A stretch of DNA of 64,000 nucleotides from Azolla caroliniana (lineage: Eukaryota; Plantae; Polypodiophyta): the NCBI GenBank assembly GCA_043228905.1, contig JBHGNT010000008.1, positions 1,302,001-1,366,000 of the forward strand, in the 5' to 3' direction. This document shows, one piece after another, positions 50,501-63,355 of the stretch. The notes beneath the pieces are model-generated. The model was given only the letters and a program-made list of their open reading frames with translations. It had not been told where the DNA came from and made no database searches. Every line of letters begins with the position of its first letter. The stretch's first letter is position 1. Both the position numbers and the translations under genes were made by a program.

Positions 50501-52318
50501 CTGGAGAAGTCGTCGATGAACGTGACATAGTAGCGGCAACCTCTGAATGTTGCGGTATGGGCTGGTTCCCACACATCTGAATGTACTACATCTAGGATCC
50601 CTTTACTCATATTCCTCTTTTTCAGGAACGGATGTCGGTGTTGTTTTCCGAATTGGCACACCTCGCATATGCCTGTAATTTCTTTCTCAGTAAATGTCGG
50701 GAGTCCAATTACGACTCCTTTCGACTGCATGTTCTGGAGCTTTTGGAGATTGATGTGGCCGATTATCTTTTGCCACAGTTTCAAGTCTATTTCGACTTTG
50801 AGGCCTTTTGCGAACATAGCCGATTTCACCTCCTCTGATTCGAGGATGAACATTCGGCCTTCTCGGCGACCATGCGCTATGATTTGATCGTCCTTTTCGA
50901 TAAAGCACCCTTCATTATTGAATCGTACTTGCATACTTTGTTTGACAATCTGGCTGACCGAGACCAGGTTTTTTGTGATGGTTGGGACATGCAAGACGTT
51001 CTTGCGGTAGGTTTGTTTATCGTCATTTCCGAATGGAACATTTCCAACATGTTGAATTGGGTGAGTCGTATCATCTCCGGTTTCGACATAGCCGGGTCGA
51101 TCAGGCTTTCATAATTCTCGGAACCAATCTTCATGGGACTCCATGTGATTGGATGCTCCCGAGTCAACAAACCATATGCTATCTAAAGAAAAGGTGCTAG
51201 TCAGGGCCTGTGCCGACATCGAATGTGCTTCATGCCTCATTATGAACATCTTGCCATGATTGTCGTAGTCGGAATTCAAAGTGTAGTTTGTGAGTTGTCG
51301 GCTAGTCGAAGCCAAGTCTCGTATCTTTTTTCGGCAGTCCTCTTCATAGTGGTCGTGTTTTCCATAGTACCCACATTCGATCGAGTTGTTACGATTGCTC
51401 GGTCCGGCGAGGTGGCACCCCCTTCTACCAAACTCTCTGGGAAGGTTCCTATCCTCTTGCCATTGGTGGGAGTTACACTCTTGGGTCAACCAACCGTGTT
51501 GGCCTCGACCAAACCGACCTCTATTTCCACGGCCGAATCCTCTTCTATCATCCGATTGTGAGTAGAGAATCTGACCATCAGGCGCGTTGTTCCTTTGTCG
51601 AACGTGATGTTCTCCAACCAACAGAATCGATTGAAGGTCGAAAAAGGAGGGAGGGTTCTCCCTTGCAAGAATGGCGATCTAATCGTGCCAAATTGAGGTG
51701 CCAAGCCGCTGAGGCATTTGCACCATTTTGTCATCATCGATGATGACATTAATCAAACCAAGGGCATCACACAACTCCTTGATCTTCAAGGTATAGTCGG
51801 TGATCGACATGTCCCTCTGTTGCACGTTCTTTAGATTCTGTTGAAGTTGGAGCTTTCGTGCTACCCTATTGGCTGCAAAAATCTTCTTGAGATTTCCCCA
51901 AGATTCTTTCTGTGTTTTTGAATCTCGAATATAGCCGAGCATGTGGTCATGAACGCACGACGCAAGGCAGTACAACACACAACTCGTGGCCTGCTCCCAC
52001 GCTAGGTAGTCGGCGTGTGTCGGGTTGGGTTGCATTTCGTGAGCTCCCTCGGTGTAGCTCCAGTAACCTTGTCCGGCAAGGTACTGATGCATCTTGTACT
52101 CCCAAGATGCGAACTTTGTTCTATCGAGCTTCTTAGTGAGAAGAGCGCTTCCCATTTGGGTGTTCATTGTCGAACTTCTTCTACCCTTGATGCGAGCTTG
52201 AGCACAACACACGTAAAGGCGATGGGCTTGGATCAAGCTACCACACGCTTTGATACCATGTAAAGAATCAAGAGTGATTTTGTGCAGCGGCTGTGTGTGT
52301 GTATGTGAGGCAAGAGAG

Positions 52319-52364
<46 letters not shown>

Positions 52365-52542
52365 CTAAACATGAAACTGTATATTACATCCAACGGTAAC
52401 TAAGTTACAAAAGGTTGGTTTAAATACCTAGAACTGATCTAGGGTAAGTGCCCTTTCTACTAATTACAAATCTAGCCTACTATGATTTCCACTAGCTAGT
52501 GTGAACATTGTCTCTGTGAGAAGTTGAGTTCGATTCTCAACA
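47459..52542 (-). mobile_element. Decayed full-length Ty1/Copia element E (same family as A)
   Basis: LTRs 47459-47717 and 52259-52542 (TGTAAAG...CTCAACA), PBS 52247-52258 (iMet, 1 mismatch), degenerate TSD gttct/atcct. Gag, PR WFVDSGAS, IN, RT and RNase H fragments with stops. Confidence 0.93.
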
Positions 52543-54206
52543 ATCCTTCATACTACACCCCAACCTATCATTCAATCTTGATCTTAATTAGAATATTAAT
52601 CTACTTGACGATCACTCATCTTGATCTTAGTAATTGGGTCCTTAATTCATGCAAGGACCATGCCATGGAATGTATAAATACTCTAATTGTGTTCCATATT
52701 CATCTATCAACTTGTTAAGAAGGGAGAAACTTGTGTTGTCGTCATACACACTCAACACGCATTCCGGACCTCATATTGTCTTCTTCATCTTCGATCTATT
52801 CAATCGGGTGAGTTTTGGTTTTTATCCCGGATTGATATCACATAAAAAATAATGGATATAAACATGATTTCCTTACAAATTGTGGGGGACATTGATATGG
52901 GCATCATCGATCCAATAAAGATTAATGTAATGATTGAATGTAATTGTGAAAGGAAATAAGTTGGAAGCTCTAAGAGGTTTAAAGGTATTGAGGAAATGAA
53001 CGAGAAGAAAGTGACATATGTTGAAGCAATACATGTGGATGAGGTTGACAAGGATCATCCTAATTGGGCTAATTTATGGGGTATTGCCAATACCTTCTTG
53101 TCTGATATTGTGGAAGAAAATGAAAATCCAGCAAAAGAACGCATTGATGAGGATGTGCATGATGTGGACGTTGTTGCTATGGTAGCATTGCAATCTTTTG
53201 ATGTATTCTATGATCGTGCGGTTATATTATTTTTTACCGTGAAACTCCCATATATAAATTGGATTAAACAATGGTTGAACACAATCATGTTTAGGATATA
53301 TTTGTAGGACCACGAGGGTTTTATGATGTAGTATTTCGTTCCCTTGAACATCGGAGTGCATTGTTGGCGAAAGTTCCAATGTTTTTTGATAAATGGTTAG
53401 TGCATATAATGCAATGGTCCCCCGTAATGGACGATCATGCTTTGTTAAAACAAAAATGCCCTGTTTGGGTAACAATGGATTGTCAGCATGCTTTTTTATG
53501 GCCAGTTTTACCAAAGTTGATAACTCAAATGGGTAACATGTTGGTATCTTCACATGCAAATAAGTGGAGATTTTGTGTGTTATGGGATACAAGTCGTAAG
53601 AGGCCAGGACGGGTGTGTCAAAAGACACCCGGTATGAAAAGACTTTGTTTTAAATTGAAGTGGGAGACATTTGCAAGCCATTGTTTTGGATGTGGTGAAT
53701 GGGGTGTCACAGACATGACAACAACTATGTCAAGATTCGAACTCTTGACCTCTTGTATTATATTCAAGTGTTATATTATAACCAACACATCCAAGTACAT
53801 GGTCGTATTATATATCTTCGTAGATTATATATTCCAAGTTCTAGGAGTTTTTAGAAAGTTCTAGAACAAGAAGGTTGTAGAGGGTTCTAGAATATTCTCC
53901 AGAATATTCTAATGCATGTACTTGGACTCACAATATAAATACTTGTAACCTCCTTGGTCCCTTTCAAGGTATTCAACACCAGTCATGGACACATCAATCT
54001 AGTATTCTTGTTTAGCCCCATCTTCTCTCCTTGATTTACATCTCTATCTTTATGCTCTTGTATTGTTCCTAGCGTCTTAAGTTCCTCATCTCATCGTTCC
54101 CGAGTTTCTAGCATCATCACGTCGAGTTCCACGTTCATAACCTTATTGGTCGTACGCTTGTCATCTGTGCTTTGTCGTAGTCTAGCGTTGGTGTGTCCGT
54201 GACAGT

Positions 54207-54217
54207 TTGAATCCCTT
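54207..54217 (+). promoter_or_regulatory. Putative self-priming PBS
   Basis: TTGAATCCCTT is 10/11 complementary to AAGGTATTCAA at 53966-53976, 32 nt downstream of the start of the LTR TATAAAT (53934). Confidence 0.6.
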
Positions 54218-54699
54218 CCAACTAGAAGCACCACATGTCTTCGTCATCACCTTTGCTTCTAGAGTTACCATCATCATCGTCCTTGATTCCGGAGTTATCG
54301 TCATCAACATCCTTGTCTTCGATGTCATCATTTTCAACACCTCTTCGCCCAACCTTCATCGTCATCAACACACTAATTTGCATGGATTGATTTCGATCGC
54401 TCACCTTCACAGTTCCGATGGGGGTTACAACTACTCACTTTCCTTGTGGGGATTGAATCATTGCTTGCTTGCACTCCATTTTAGTTCAAGTCTCACTCCA
54501 CTTTCCTTTGACGAGGATCGATTTCGATCGCTCACCTTCTAGTTTCGGTGGGGGTCACAACCGCTCACTTTCTTGGTGGGGATCGCATCGGTTTCTCGCT
54601 AGTGTTACCGTTTGTGTCGTGTTCTAGGTCAACCTTGACTATTTACCCTCTCATAATAGATGAAGTCGAGTCGACCACATCACTTGCACTCCTACGCTC

Positions 54700-55814
54700 A
54701 TTCGTGTTCCAGTTCTCGGTGAGGGTCGCATGATCGCTCACGTCCGTTTCTGTTCCAGTTCTCGGTGAGGACCGCATGGTCGCTCACGCCTGTTTGTGTT
54801 TAGTTCTCGATGAGGGCTACATGGTTGCTCATGTCCGTTCGTGTTCCAGTTCTCGGTGAGGGCCGCATGGTCGCTCATGCTCGTTCATGTTTTCGATGAG
54901 GACCGCACATGGTCGCTCACTCTCGTTCGTGCTCCACTTTCTGGTGAGGACTGCACATGGTCGCTCACTCTAGCTATTGTTCGTGTTCCAGATCCCGGCG
55001 AGGACCAACATGGTCACTCATGCCCGTTGTTGTTCATGTTCCAGTTCCCCGTGAGGACTGCACATGGTCGCTCACGCCCATTGGTGTTCGTGTTCCAACT
55101 CTCGGTGTGGACCAACATGGTCTCTCATGCCCATTGGTGTTTGTGTTCCCTGTGAGGACCGCACATGGTCGCTCACTCTAGCTATTGTTCGTGTTCCCGA
55201 TCCCGGCGAGGACCGACATGGTCACTCATGCCCGTTGTTGTTCATGTTCCAGTTCTCGGTGAGGACCACACATGGTCGCTCACGCTTGTTGGTGTTCTTG
55301 TTCCAACTTTCGGCGAGGACCGACATGGTCTCTCATGCCTGTTGGTGTTCGTGTTCCTTGTGACGACCACACATGGTCACTCACGCCTGTTGGTATTCGT
55401 ATTCCAGTTCTCGACGAGGACCACATGGTCGTTCACGCCTATTCGTGTTTCCGATGAGGACCGCACATGGTCACGCACATTCCGATTCCCGGTGAGGGCC
55501 ACACATGGTTGCTCATGTCCGCTCGTGTTCCAGTTCTCAGTGAGGACCACACACGGTCGCCCACATTCCAATTCCTAGTGAGGGCCACACATGGTTGTTC
55601 ACGCCTGCTCGTGTTCAAGTTCTCGGTGAGGACCGCATGGTTGCTCACTCCCGTTCGTGTTCCAGTTCCCTCACTCTCGTTCATGTTCCAGTTCCCGGTG
55701 AGGACTGCATGGTCACTCACGCCTATTCATGTTCTCGATGAGAACCACACATGGTCACTCACGTCCGTTGGTGTTCGTGTTTCCAGTGAGGACAACACAT
55801 GGTTTCTCACGCCC
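54700..55814 (+). repeat. Tandem array of ~40-55-bp units with GTGAG-GACC-loop-GGTC-G-CTCAC hairpin and a 208-bp higher-order repeat
   Basis: About 23 degenerate units of GTTCGTGTTCCAGTTCTCGGTGAGGACCGCATGGTCGCTCACGCCC; block ~54946-55153 repeated at ~55154-55361. Confidence 0.9.
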
Positions 55815-58412
55815 ACCACTTCCCATTCACCCCTACACCGTGCTTTCGAAAAGGTGTGAGGCCATAAAAAGGAGGATAATGTCACAGACATGACAACAAC
55901 TATGTCAAGATTCGAACTTTTGACCTCTTGTATTATAGTCAAGGGTTATATTGTAACCAACACATCCAAGTACATTGTCATATTATGTATATCTTCGTAG
56001 ATTATCTATTCCAAGTTCTAGGAGTTTTTAGAAATTTCTAGAACTAGAAGGTTGTAGAGGGTTCTAGAATATTCTCTAGAATATTCTAATGCATGTACTT
56101 GGACTCACAGTATAAATACTTGTAACCTCCTTGGTCCCTTTCAAGGTATTCAACACCAGTCATTGACACATCAATCTAGTATTCTTGTTTAGCCCCATCT
56201 TCTCTCCTTGATTTACATCTCTATCTTTATGCTCTTGTATTGTTCCTAGCATCTTAAGTTCCTCATCTCATCGTTCCCAAGTTTCTAGCCTCATCACGTC
56301 AAGTTCCACGTTCGTAACCTTATTGGTCGTAGGCTTGTCATCTATGCTTTGTCGTAGTCTAGCGTTGGTGTGTCCGTGACATGGGGTCACTTTATGGCGG
56401 AATTCCATCGTCATTATCCTTCAACTATAGAGGTTTCTAATGAAGGGAATGGTAAGGAAGGAGTTGGGAGAGATGTTGGTGTGTCAAATATTGTGGTTGT
56501 TATGGATGAAGGAACATCATCTAGAGCAGGTTATAAAGAGGTTTCACTTCAAGGTTTGGGCCCTAAGAATAAGAGAACTCAATTTATGGATATGGAAAAA
56601 CAAAGTTTAGAGGTTATAGATAAGGGGAAAAAACCGTTGGATAGAACTAGTAGTGATGTTGGTGTTGACAAAGATTGGCATAAGGTTAAGGGCAAGTCGA
56701 AGGGGAAATCAATGAATATGCAACGTAATAGTTTGCCCACTACTCGTGAGACTACTTGGCAAGGCTATTCAGGAACTAGGGAGGTTCCTTGAAAAGTTCC
56801 TTGGCAATGACAATTTAAGGATAAAGGATTACCCCTTTACCTTCAATTTGATTCATTGGGACAAGTTGTAAATTCATCGAATTCTCGAGGTTTTCATAAA
56901 GCGGGAGGACCTAAACAAAAGATTGACAATCCTAAGGATGTGGTGCATGAAAATCCATATGCAGCATTGGAACATGCTTTGACTAGTTTCATGGCATCGG
57001 TTGCTCTAAAGGAGCAAGTGCACCCATACCATTGTTGATTGAATGAAAGCGGTAACATGGAATGTGAGAGGGGCATGTTCTCCTCATAAGAAGTATATAT
57101 TATGGGAAACTTTGTTAAGTAAAGAATGGTATGTATTATGTGCAGTTGAGCATAAGTGTCATGAGTTAGCACGATCCACTGTAGTTCATTTGCGTGGATA
57201 TTCATTATTTTATGCAGGACATCTTAATAATCATTATTCATGTGTGGTATTAATTGTGCGGGATAAATATTATCCTCAAGTGGTGCATAATGATCCTTAT
57301 GTTCGGTTTCTGGTTCTAGAAATCACTTTTTTTGGCAATGTTGTGTGGGTGGGTGGGATTTATGCCCCTAACTAAGCCACTCAATGTATTGCGTTATGTG
57401 GTTCACTCCTTCAAACCCTATGTGGTTCTAAAGTTGGATGTTTGGACATGGTTGCATGGGAATGATCCAGGTTTTACCTTCCAATCCACGCAACATAGAC
57501 AAACATGGAGTCTATTAGATAGAATGTATGTGATGCACGATGATTCTTTTTTATTGACATAACTTCGTATGACAGTTCTACAAGATGTAGGAACTTCAGG
57601 TCACTTTCCTATTTGTTTGGAGGTTTGAAATCATGCAATTGACATGTATAAATCCTTACTTGGAAAGCCTCCATTACACTTTAACTCTTCTCTTTTGCTT
57701 TAACCTCACTATGATTCTCTCATGGAGCAAATTTTGGTAAATTTTTCACAAGTGAATCTTAAAGGAGTTAAAGCCTGGGATATCATGTTATGAAACATTA
57801 AGATCATTCATCGTATGTGTGGAGTAACTAATGCTCAAGGAAGAAGAGATCTTCTTTGACAATTCTCACAAGTTCTCTCCAAGTGTAATGCATTATTGAT
57901 ACATGCATCATTGGATGATGAGTTTTTGGATAACTAGAGTCAATTGCATGTTGTTATTTCTCAGTTGTATAAGATATTTAAAAAGGTCTTGGCAAATAGA
58001 TTACAAAATTATTTGCCAAAGTTGATACATCCCGCCCAATATGGTTTTATTGCAAGTAGGAATATATTGCATAATGTGTTGAATGTTCAAATGACCCTAG
58101 ATTATTCTCAAAACACTCATCAAGAATTGATTATGGTGTAATTAGATTTGGAGAAAGCTTATGATCATGTTAATTGGTTCTTTGTTTCTGGATTAATGCA
58201 TACAATGGGCTTTGAACTTCATATGTCTCGTCTCATATTTTTATTAGGACAAGATGCGGTGTCTCAAGTAATGCTTAATGGGGGAGTTACATCAGATATT
58301 GCCCTCACAAGATCCGTTCATCAAGGATGCCCTCTTAGCCCATTGTTGTTTGCTATTGTTACTCATCCCTTGTTAGTGATGCTTTCAAGGCTTACAACAA
58401 ATGGTGACATTG

Positions 58413-61400
58413 TGTAAAGAATATGCGGAATAATGCTCAGCCACAAGCGAGTCTTCAATCACTTCGTTGAGAATTACAAACACAGAAATAGGAATGTGGA
58501 GATAGATGCACGTATACACAAAACATTGTAAACAAGAGAGTACACAAGATGTTAACGTGGAAAACCCTGAGAGGGAAAAACCACGGGAGCCCACAGACTC
58601 CAAACTATCACTATGTCAAAAGAATACAACAGGGGGGGGCACAGAGGCAACGACCTCGTGCTCACTCTCTTCGCCTGTCGGTGATTATAATAGAGAATCA
58701 CTTTGTCTCTCTGTCTCTCTCTGTGTCTCTCTCTCTTTGTTACGCTCTATACAAAAGTTACACACAATAACTCTATATCACAACACTGGCCTCAATGCAC
58801 CATCGTCTCTAAAGTGTTTGCCCTAGGTCATATTTATACTAATATGAATTTAGGACTATTTACAAATATAGCCCCAATGGGCTCTCAGAAACATATTTAC
58901 ATATATGTCACTTCATCTGGTGAGAGGTTCTCACCGGGCATGCATCATCCGGTTCTCACCGGGTCTTCCTTGCCGGGTACACATCATCCGATTCTCACCG
59001 GGCCTTCATCATCCCATCCAGAGGGACCGAAATCCTAACAAACTCCCCCTTCACTCTGGCATGGGATGTCTGGTTAGTCCAATTCACTTCCTACATGCGT
59101 CCAGCTTGTCGAGCGTCAGCACCTTGGTCAGCATATCCGACGTTCTCTTCCGTGTGGATCTTCGTCAGCACGAACTCTCGATCTTCCACTCTCTCTTGGA
59201 TCTTGTGGTACCTCCGCTGGATGTGTTTCATCCTAGAATGATACCCCGCGTTCTTCGCAAGGTGGATGGCACTTTGATTGTCGCAATAGAGCCAGTATTC
59301 CTCTTGCCGGATCCCTAGCTCTTCGATGAAGTCCTTCATCCATAATATTTCCTTGCCGGCTTCCACAACTGCCATGTACTCCACTTCCGTGGTTGATAAC
59401 GCAACCGTCTTCTGCAGCCTCGACTGCCACGAAACAGCTCCCCCTGCATATGTCATAACATATCTCGATGTTGACCGGCTGGTATCTGCATTAGCCGACA
59501 TATCCGAATCGATGAAACAATGAAGTTTGGGTTTACCGGAGCCGAATCGGAGGCACATACTCGAAGTGCCCTTCAAATACTGGAGTATCCATTTTACCGC
59601 ATTCTAGTGCTCCTTGCCGGGATTGCTCATAAACCGGCTCATCACTCCGACTGCGTATCCGATATCCGGTCGGGTACACACCATTGCGTACATTAAGCTC
59701 CCGACGGCAGAGCCATATGGTATCTTCATCATATCCGCCTTCTCTGCCTTCGTCTTCGGCCTTTGCTTACCGGATAACCTGCAGTTTGCCGGGACTGTCG
59801 ATCCGACCGGTTTTGCATGTGACATGTTGAACCGCTGAAGCACCTTTGTCACGTATTTCTCCTATGACAGACACAATTGCTTCTTTGACTGGTCCCGGAT
59901 GATATGCATCCCTATTATCTTTCTTGCCAGACCAAAGTCTTTCATTGAGAAGGTCCGGTTTATAGCCTTCTTCAACATCTGTATCTTGACTTGGTCTTGT
60001 CTGACGATCAACATGTCATCCACATACAGGAGGAGTATCAAGAAGTCTCCACCTTCGAACTTCTTCACAAATACGTAGTGATCGGCCTGCGTCTTGTGGT
60101 ACCTTTGATCGGCCATGACGGAGTCGAACTTCCGGTACCATTGCCGGGGAGCCTGCTTCAAACCGTAGAGGCTCTTCTTCAACCGGCAAACCAGGTGCTC
60201 CTTCCCTTTCTTCACAAATCCCTCTGGTTGCTGCATGTAGATCTCCTCTTCGAGGTCGCCGTGGAAGAATGCCTTCTTCACATGTAACTGCTTTACCTCG
60301 AGGTCCATGCTTGCCGCTATGCTAAGCACCGTCCGGATGGAAGTCATCTTCACTACTGGGTCAAATATCTCGTCGAAGTCCACTCCCTTCTTTTGCTGGA
60401 ACCCCTTCACCACGATCCTGGCTTTGTATGTTGGGGGGTTGCTGGCATCTCTCGGTTTCAACTTGTACACCCACTTATTCCGGAGTGCTTGCTTTCCTTT
60501 CGGCAACTCCACTAGTTCATACGTGTGGTTCTCATGTAGGGAATCCATCTCCTCCTGCATGGCACTTAACCACTTGCGGCTATGGGTGTCCTCCCTCGCT
60601 TCTTCGAAGCTTTCCGGCTCGCCCTCATCGGTTAGCAACACACGCTCTACATCCGGAAATCTCTGGGGGGGCCTTCTCTCTCTGAGAGGATATCTGTGTC
60701 CCTGGCTTTCGGCAACCGGCTCCTCTGTTTGTTCTTCATCCGAATCTGATTCGGGGTCTTGGACGGTTCCAATTTCTGCTTCTTCTTCTTCTTCTTCGGT
60801 CAATTTGGTTTCCTCTCTGTAACCGATCGGTTCTTCGAGTGTCAACCGGCTCTTAGCCGGGTAGGTCCGTATCTCATCGAACCGATCCTTACCGGTCGAC
60901 TCAGAGTTCATTATCTTCTTCTCCGACTCCTAGTCAGCAAGGATCTTGTCCTCCATGAAGATAATATCTCGACTACGGAAAACCTTCTTGTCAACCGGAT
61001 CCCACACTCGGTAGCCGAACTCATCATCGTCGTATCTGAGGAATATGCAAGGCCGGGACTTTGGATCCAACTTTGCTCTCCGGTCCTTTGCAACATGCAT
61101 GTAAGCGAGACACCTAAACACCTTCAGATGCTGGTAAGACACTTCCTTACCGGTCCACACTCTCTGCAGCGTGTCTCCCTCTGAGGGCACTAAGGGTGAT
61201 CTGTTTATCACGTACGTCATTGTCGCCAGCGCCTCAGCCCAAAACGTCTTGGGTAACTTTGCATGTGCCAACATACTCTCGACCCTCTCCATTATGGTTT
61301 GGTTCATCCTCTCGGCCAACCCATTTAGTTCCGACGTCTTTGGCACGGTAAATTCGAGCCAGATTCCCTTCGAGCGATAGTACTCCTCAAACTGCCCCTG

Positions 61401-63355
61401 GTATTCGCCTCCATTATCTGCTCGAACCACCTTCAACTTCCGGCCGGTTTCTCTTTCTACTCTCACGTGGAACTCCTTGAAGACGGATAACACCTGATCC
61501 TTCATCTTCAGCAGTGTGGCCCACAGCTTCCGACTGTGGTCATCTATGAACGTCACAAAGTACTGCGATCCAACATGTGACTTCGTGTCCACTTGACACA
61601 CATAAGTATGCACCAACTCCAGTGGTGCATTATGTCTCATCGGTGGCCTTGATCAGAAGGTGGTTCGGTTCTGCTTATCGGCCAGGCAGTCGGTGCACCT
61701 CTCAAGATGCACGTTCTTCACCGGAATAAGGTTGTCATCGGCAAGCCTCTTCATCTTGCTCATGTGACACAGTCTCTTGTGCCACAGCTCACCGGTAGTG
61801 TCGGAAGCAACGTTCACATCTTCCGGGCATAACCGGGCAATCATCAGGTACAATGTGTTGACCTTCCAGGCCCGAGCCACTATCAGGCTCCCCTTGCTAA
61901 ACTTCATGACACCGTTCCAGATGCTACCCGTGTAGCCTTCATCATCTAGCCGACCGGTTGATATCAGGTATAGTCGAACCTTCGGAACGTGCCAGACATC
62001 CTTCAACAACAACTTGCATCCGGTTGGTATTATCAACCACACGTCTCCTATGCCGATAATTCGGCATGTCCCTTCATTCCCCATCCGGACACAACTGTGA
62101 TCACCGGTTGTGTAGGATGAGAAGCATTTCCGGTCCGGGGTCAGGTGGAGCAACGCTCCGGAATCGACAACCCACATTGTCTCGTCACTGGCAAGGTTCA
62201 ACTCACACTCCTCGGTGATGAGCATCAACTCCTCTTCACTTGCTGCGATTGCTGTCGTTCCCTTCCGGTCCGGTCCCCTCTGGTCTTTACCGTTGCGGTC
62301 CGGTGACCGCTTCAAATCGGTACTGTCGGTTTCCTTGTCTTTCTGGAAATGCTGACAGTTCTTCTGGAAGTGTCCAAGCTTCCCACAATAGAAGGAAGTG
62401 GGCATTCCCCTTGACTTTGACCGTGTCCCCGACTTTTCCCGGTTCTGGGGACTCTGGTTCCTTTGTCTTCCGCGTTCTGATTCGATAAGGAGCTCTTTGG
62501 AGTCAAAGCTCGTATCCTTGTCTTTCCGATGTGCCTCCTCATCTAGCAAGCTCAACTTGACTCTTGCTAGGGATAACTATTTTCCTTCTGGCCCGGCGTT
62601 GCCCAAAGTGACAACTAACATCTCCCAGCTATCTGGGAGGGAACCGAGTAGGAGCAATGCTAGTACCTCATCGGCGAGAGGTACTTCCAATGATGTTGCC
62701 TGGTGAATCAGCCCCTGGAAGGCATTCATGTGCTCCGCCATGCTGGAGCCATCTTGGTACCGGAGCCTCACTAGCTTCCGAAATACCGAAATCCGATTAA
62801 CAACATTTTTGTTATGAAACATAATGCCGATCTTCTCCTAGAGTTCCTGAGCCTTACTGTCCTCATTGAAGTTGTTGTACAGGCTCATGTCGATGAAGCA
62901 CCGGATGTATGCCGTCGTCTTCATGTGCATCACCTCCCACACCGTGGCATCGATATTGTCCGGTCTCTTGTCCCCGAACTGGACCGGAAACCAAAGATCT
63001 TTAACCACGAGCATGTCCCTCATCTTCGACTTCCATGTGAGTAGATGGAGCCGGTGAGCTTGAACATGCCGCCAAATGAATCTTCCATTTTCTGTGTCAT
63101 TTCGCTCTGATACCAGATTATAAAGAATATGCGGAATAATGCTCAGCCACAACCGAGTCTTCAATCACTTCGTTGAGAATTACAAACACAGAAATGGGAA
63201 TGTGGAGATAGATGCACGTATACACAAAACACTCTAAACAATAGAGTACACAAGATGTTAACATGGAAAACCCTGAGTGAGAAAAACCACGGGAGCCCAC
63301 AAACTCCAAACTGTTACTATGTCTAAACTTATAGACCTCGTGCTCACTCTCTTTG
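58413..63355 (-). mobile_element. Decayed Ty1/Copia element F (pol related to C, different gag/U5), inserted in LINE RT
   Basis: 3' LTR 58413-59040 plus PPT (aactccccct), PBS 63104-63115 (iMet), truncated 5' LTR 63119-63355, TSD CATTG at 58408-58412 and 63356-63360. PR WVVDSGAL, IN, RT LLYVDD, RNase H. Confidence 0.92.

Larger units (their letters stand above)
53705..56381 (+). mobile_element. Non-autonomous, non-coding LTR retroelement with putative self-priming PBS and internal stem-loop repeat array
   Basis: LTRs 53705-54204 and 55880-56381 (TGTCAC...GTGACA), perfect 5-bp TSD TGGGG, PPT aaaaaggaggataa 55866-55879; no gag/pol homology recognised. Confidence 0.92.

Noticed and set aside
46130-52842. 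Possible large old Gypsy LTR hosting Copia E
   Set aside because: Ends resemble LTR termini but the boundaries and TSD could not be fixed.
54700-55814. Hammerhead ribozyme/retrozyme resemblance (CCGATGAG-GACC-loop-GGTC)
   Set aside because: The essential GAAA after stem II is replaced by GCTCAC and CUGAUGA is not present; no hammerhead core was seen in the LTRs either.
54700-55814. CRISPR-like array
   Set aside because: No unique spacers, units are degenerate tandem copies, context is eukaryotic and no cas genes are present.
54841-55942. Repetitive ORFs across the array
   Set aside because: Unit lengths vary without keeping frame; the ORFs are by-products of the repeat.
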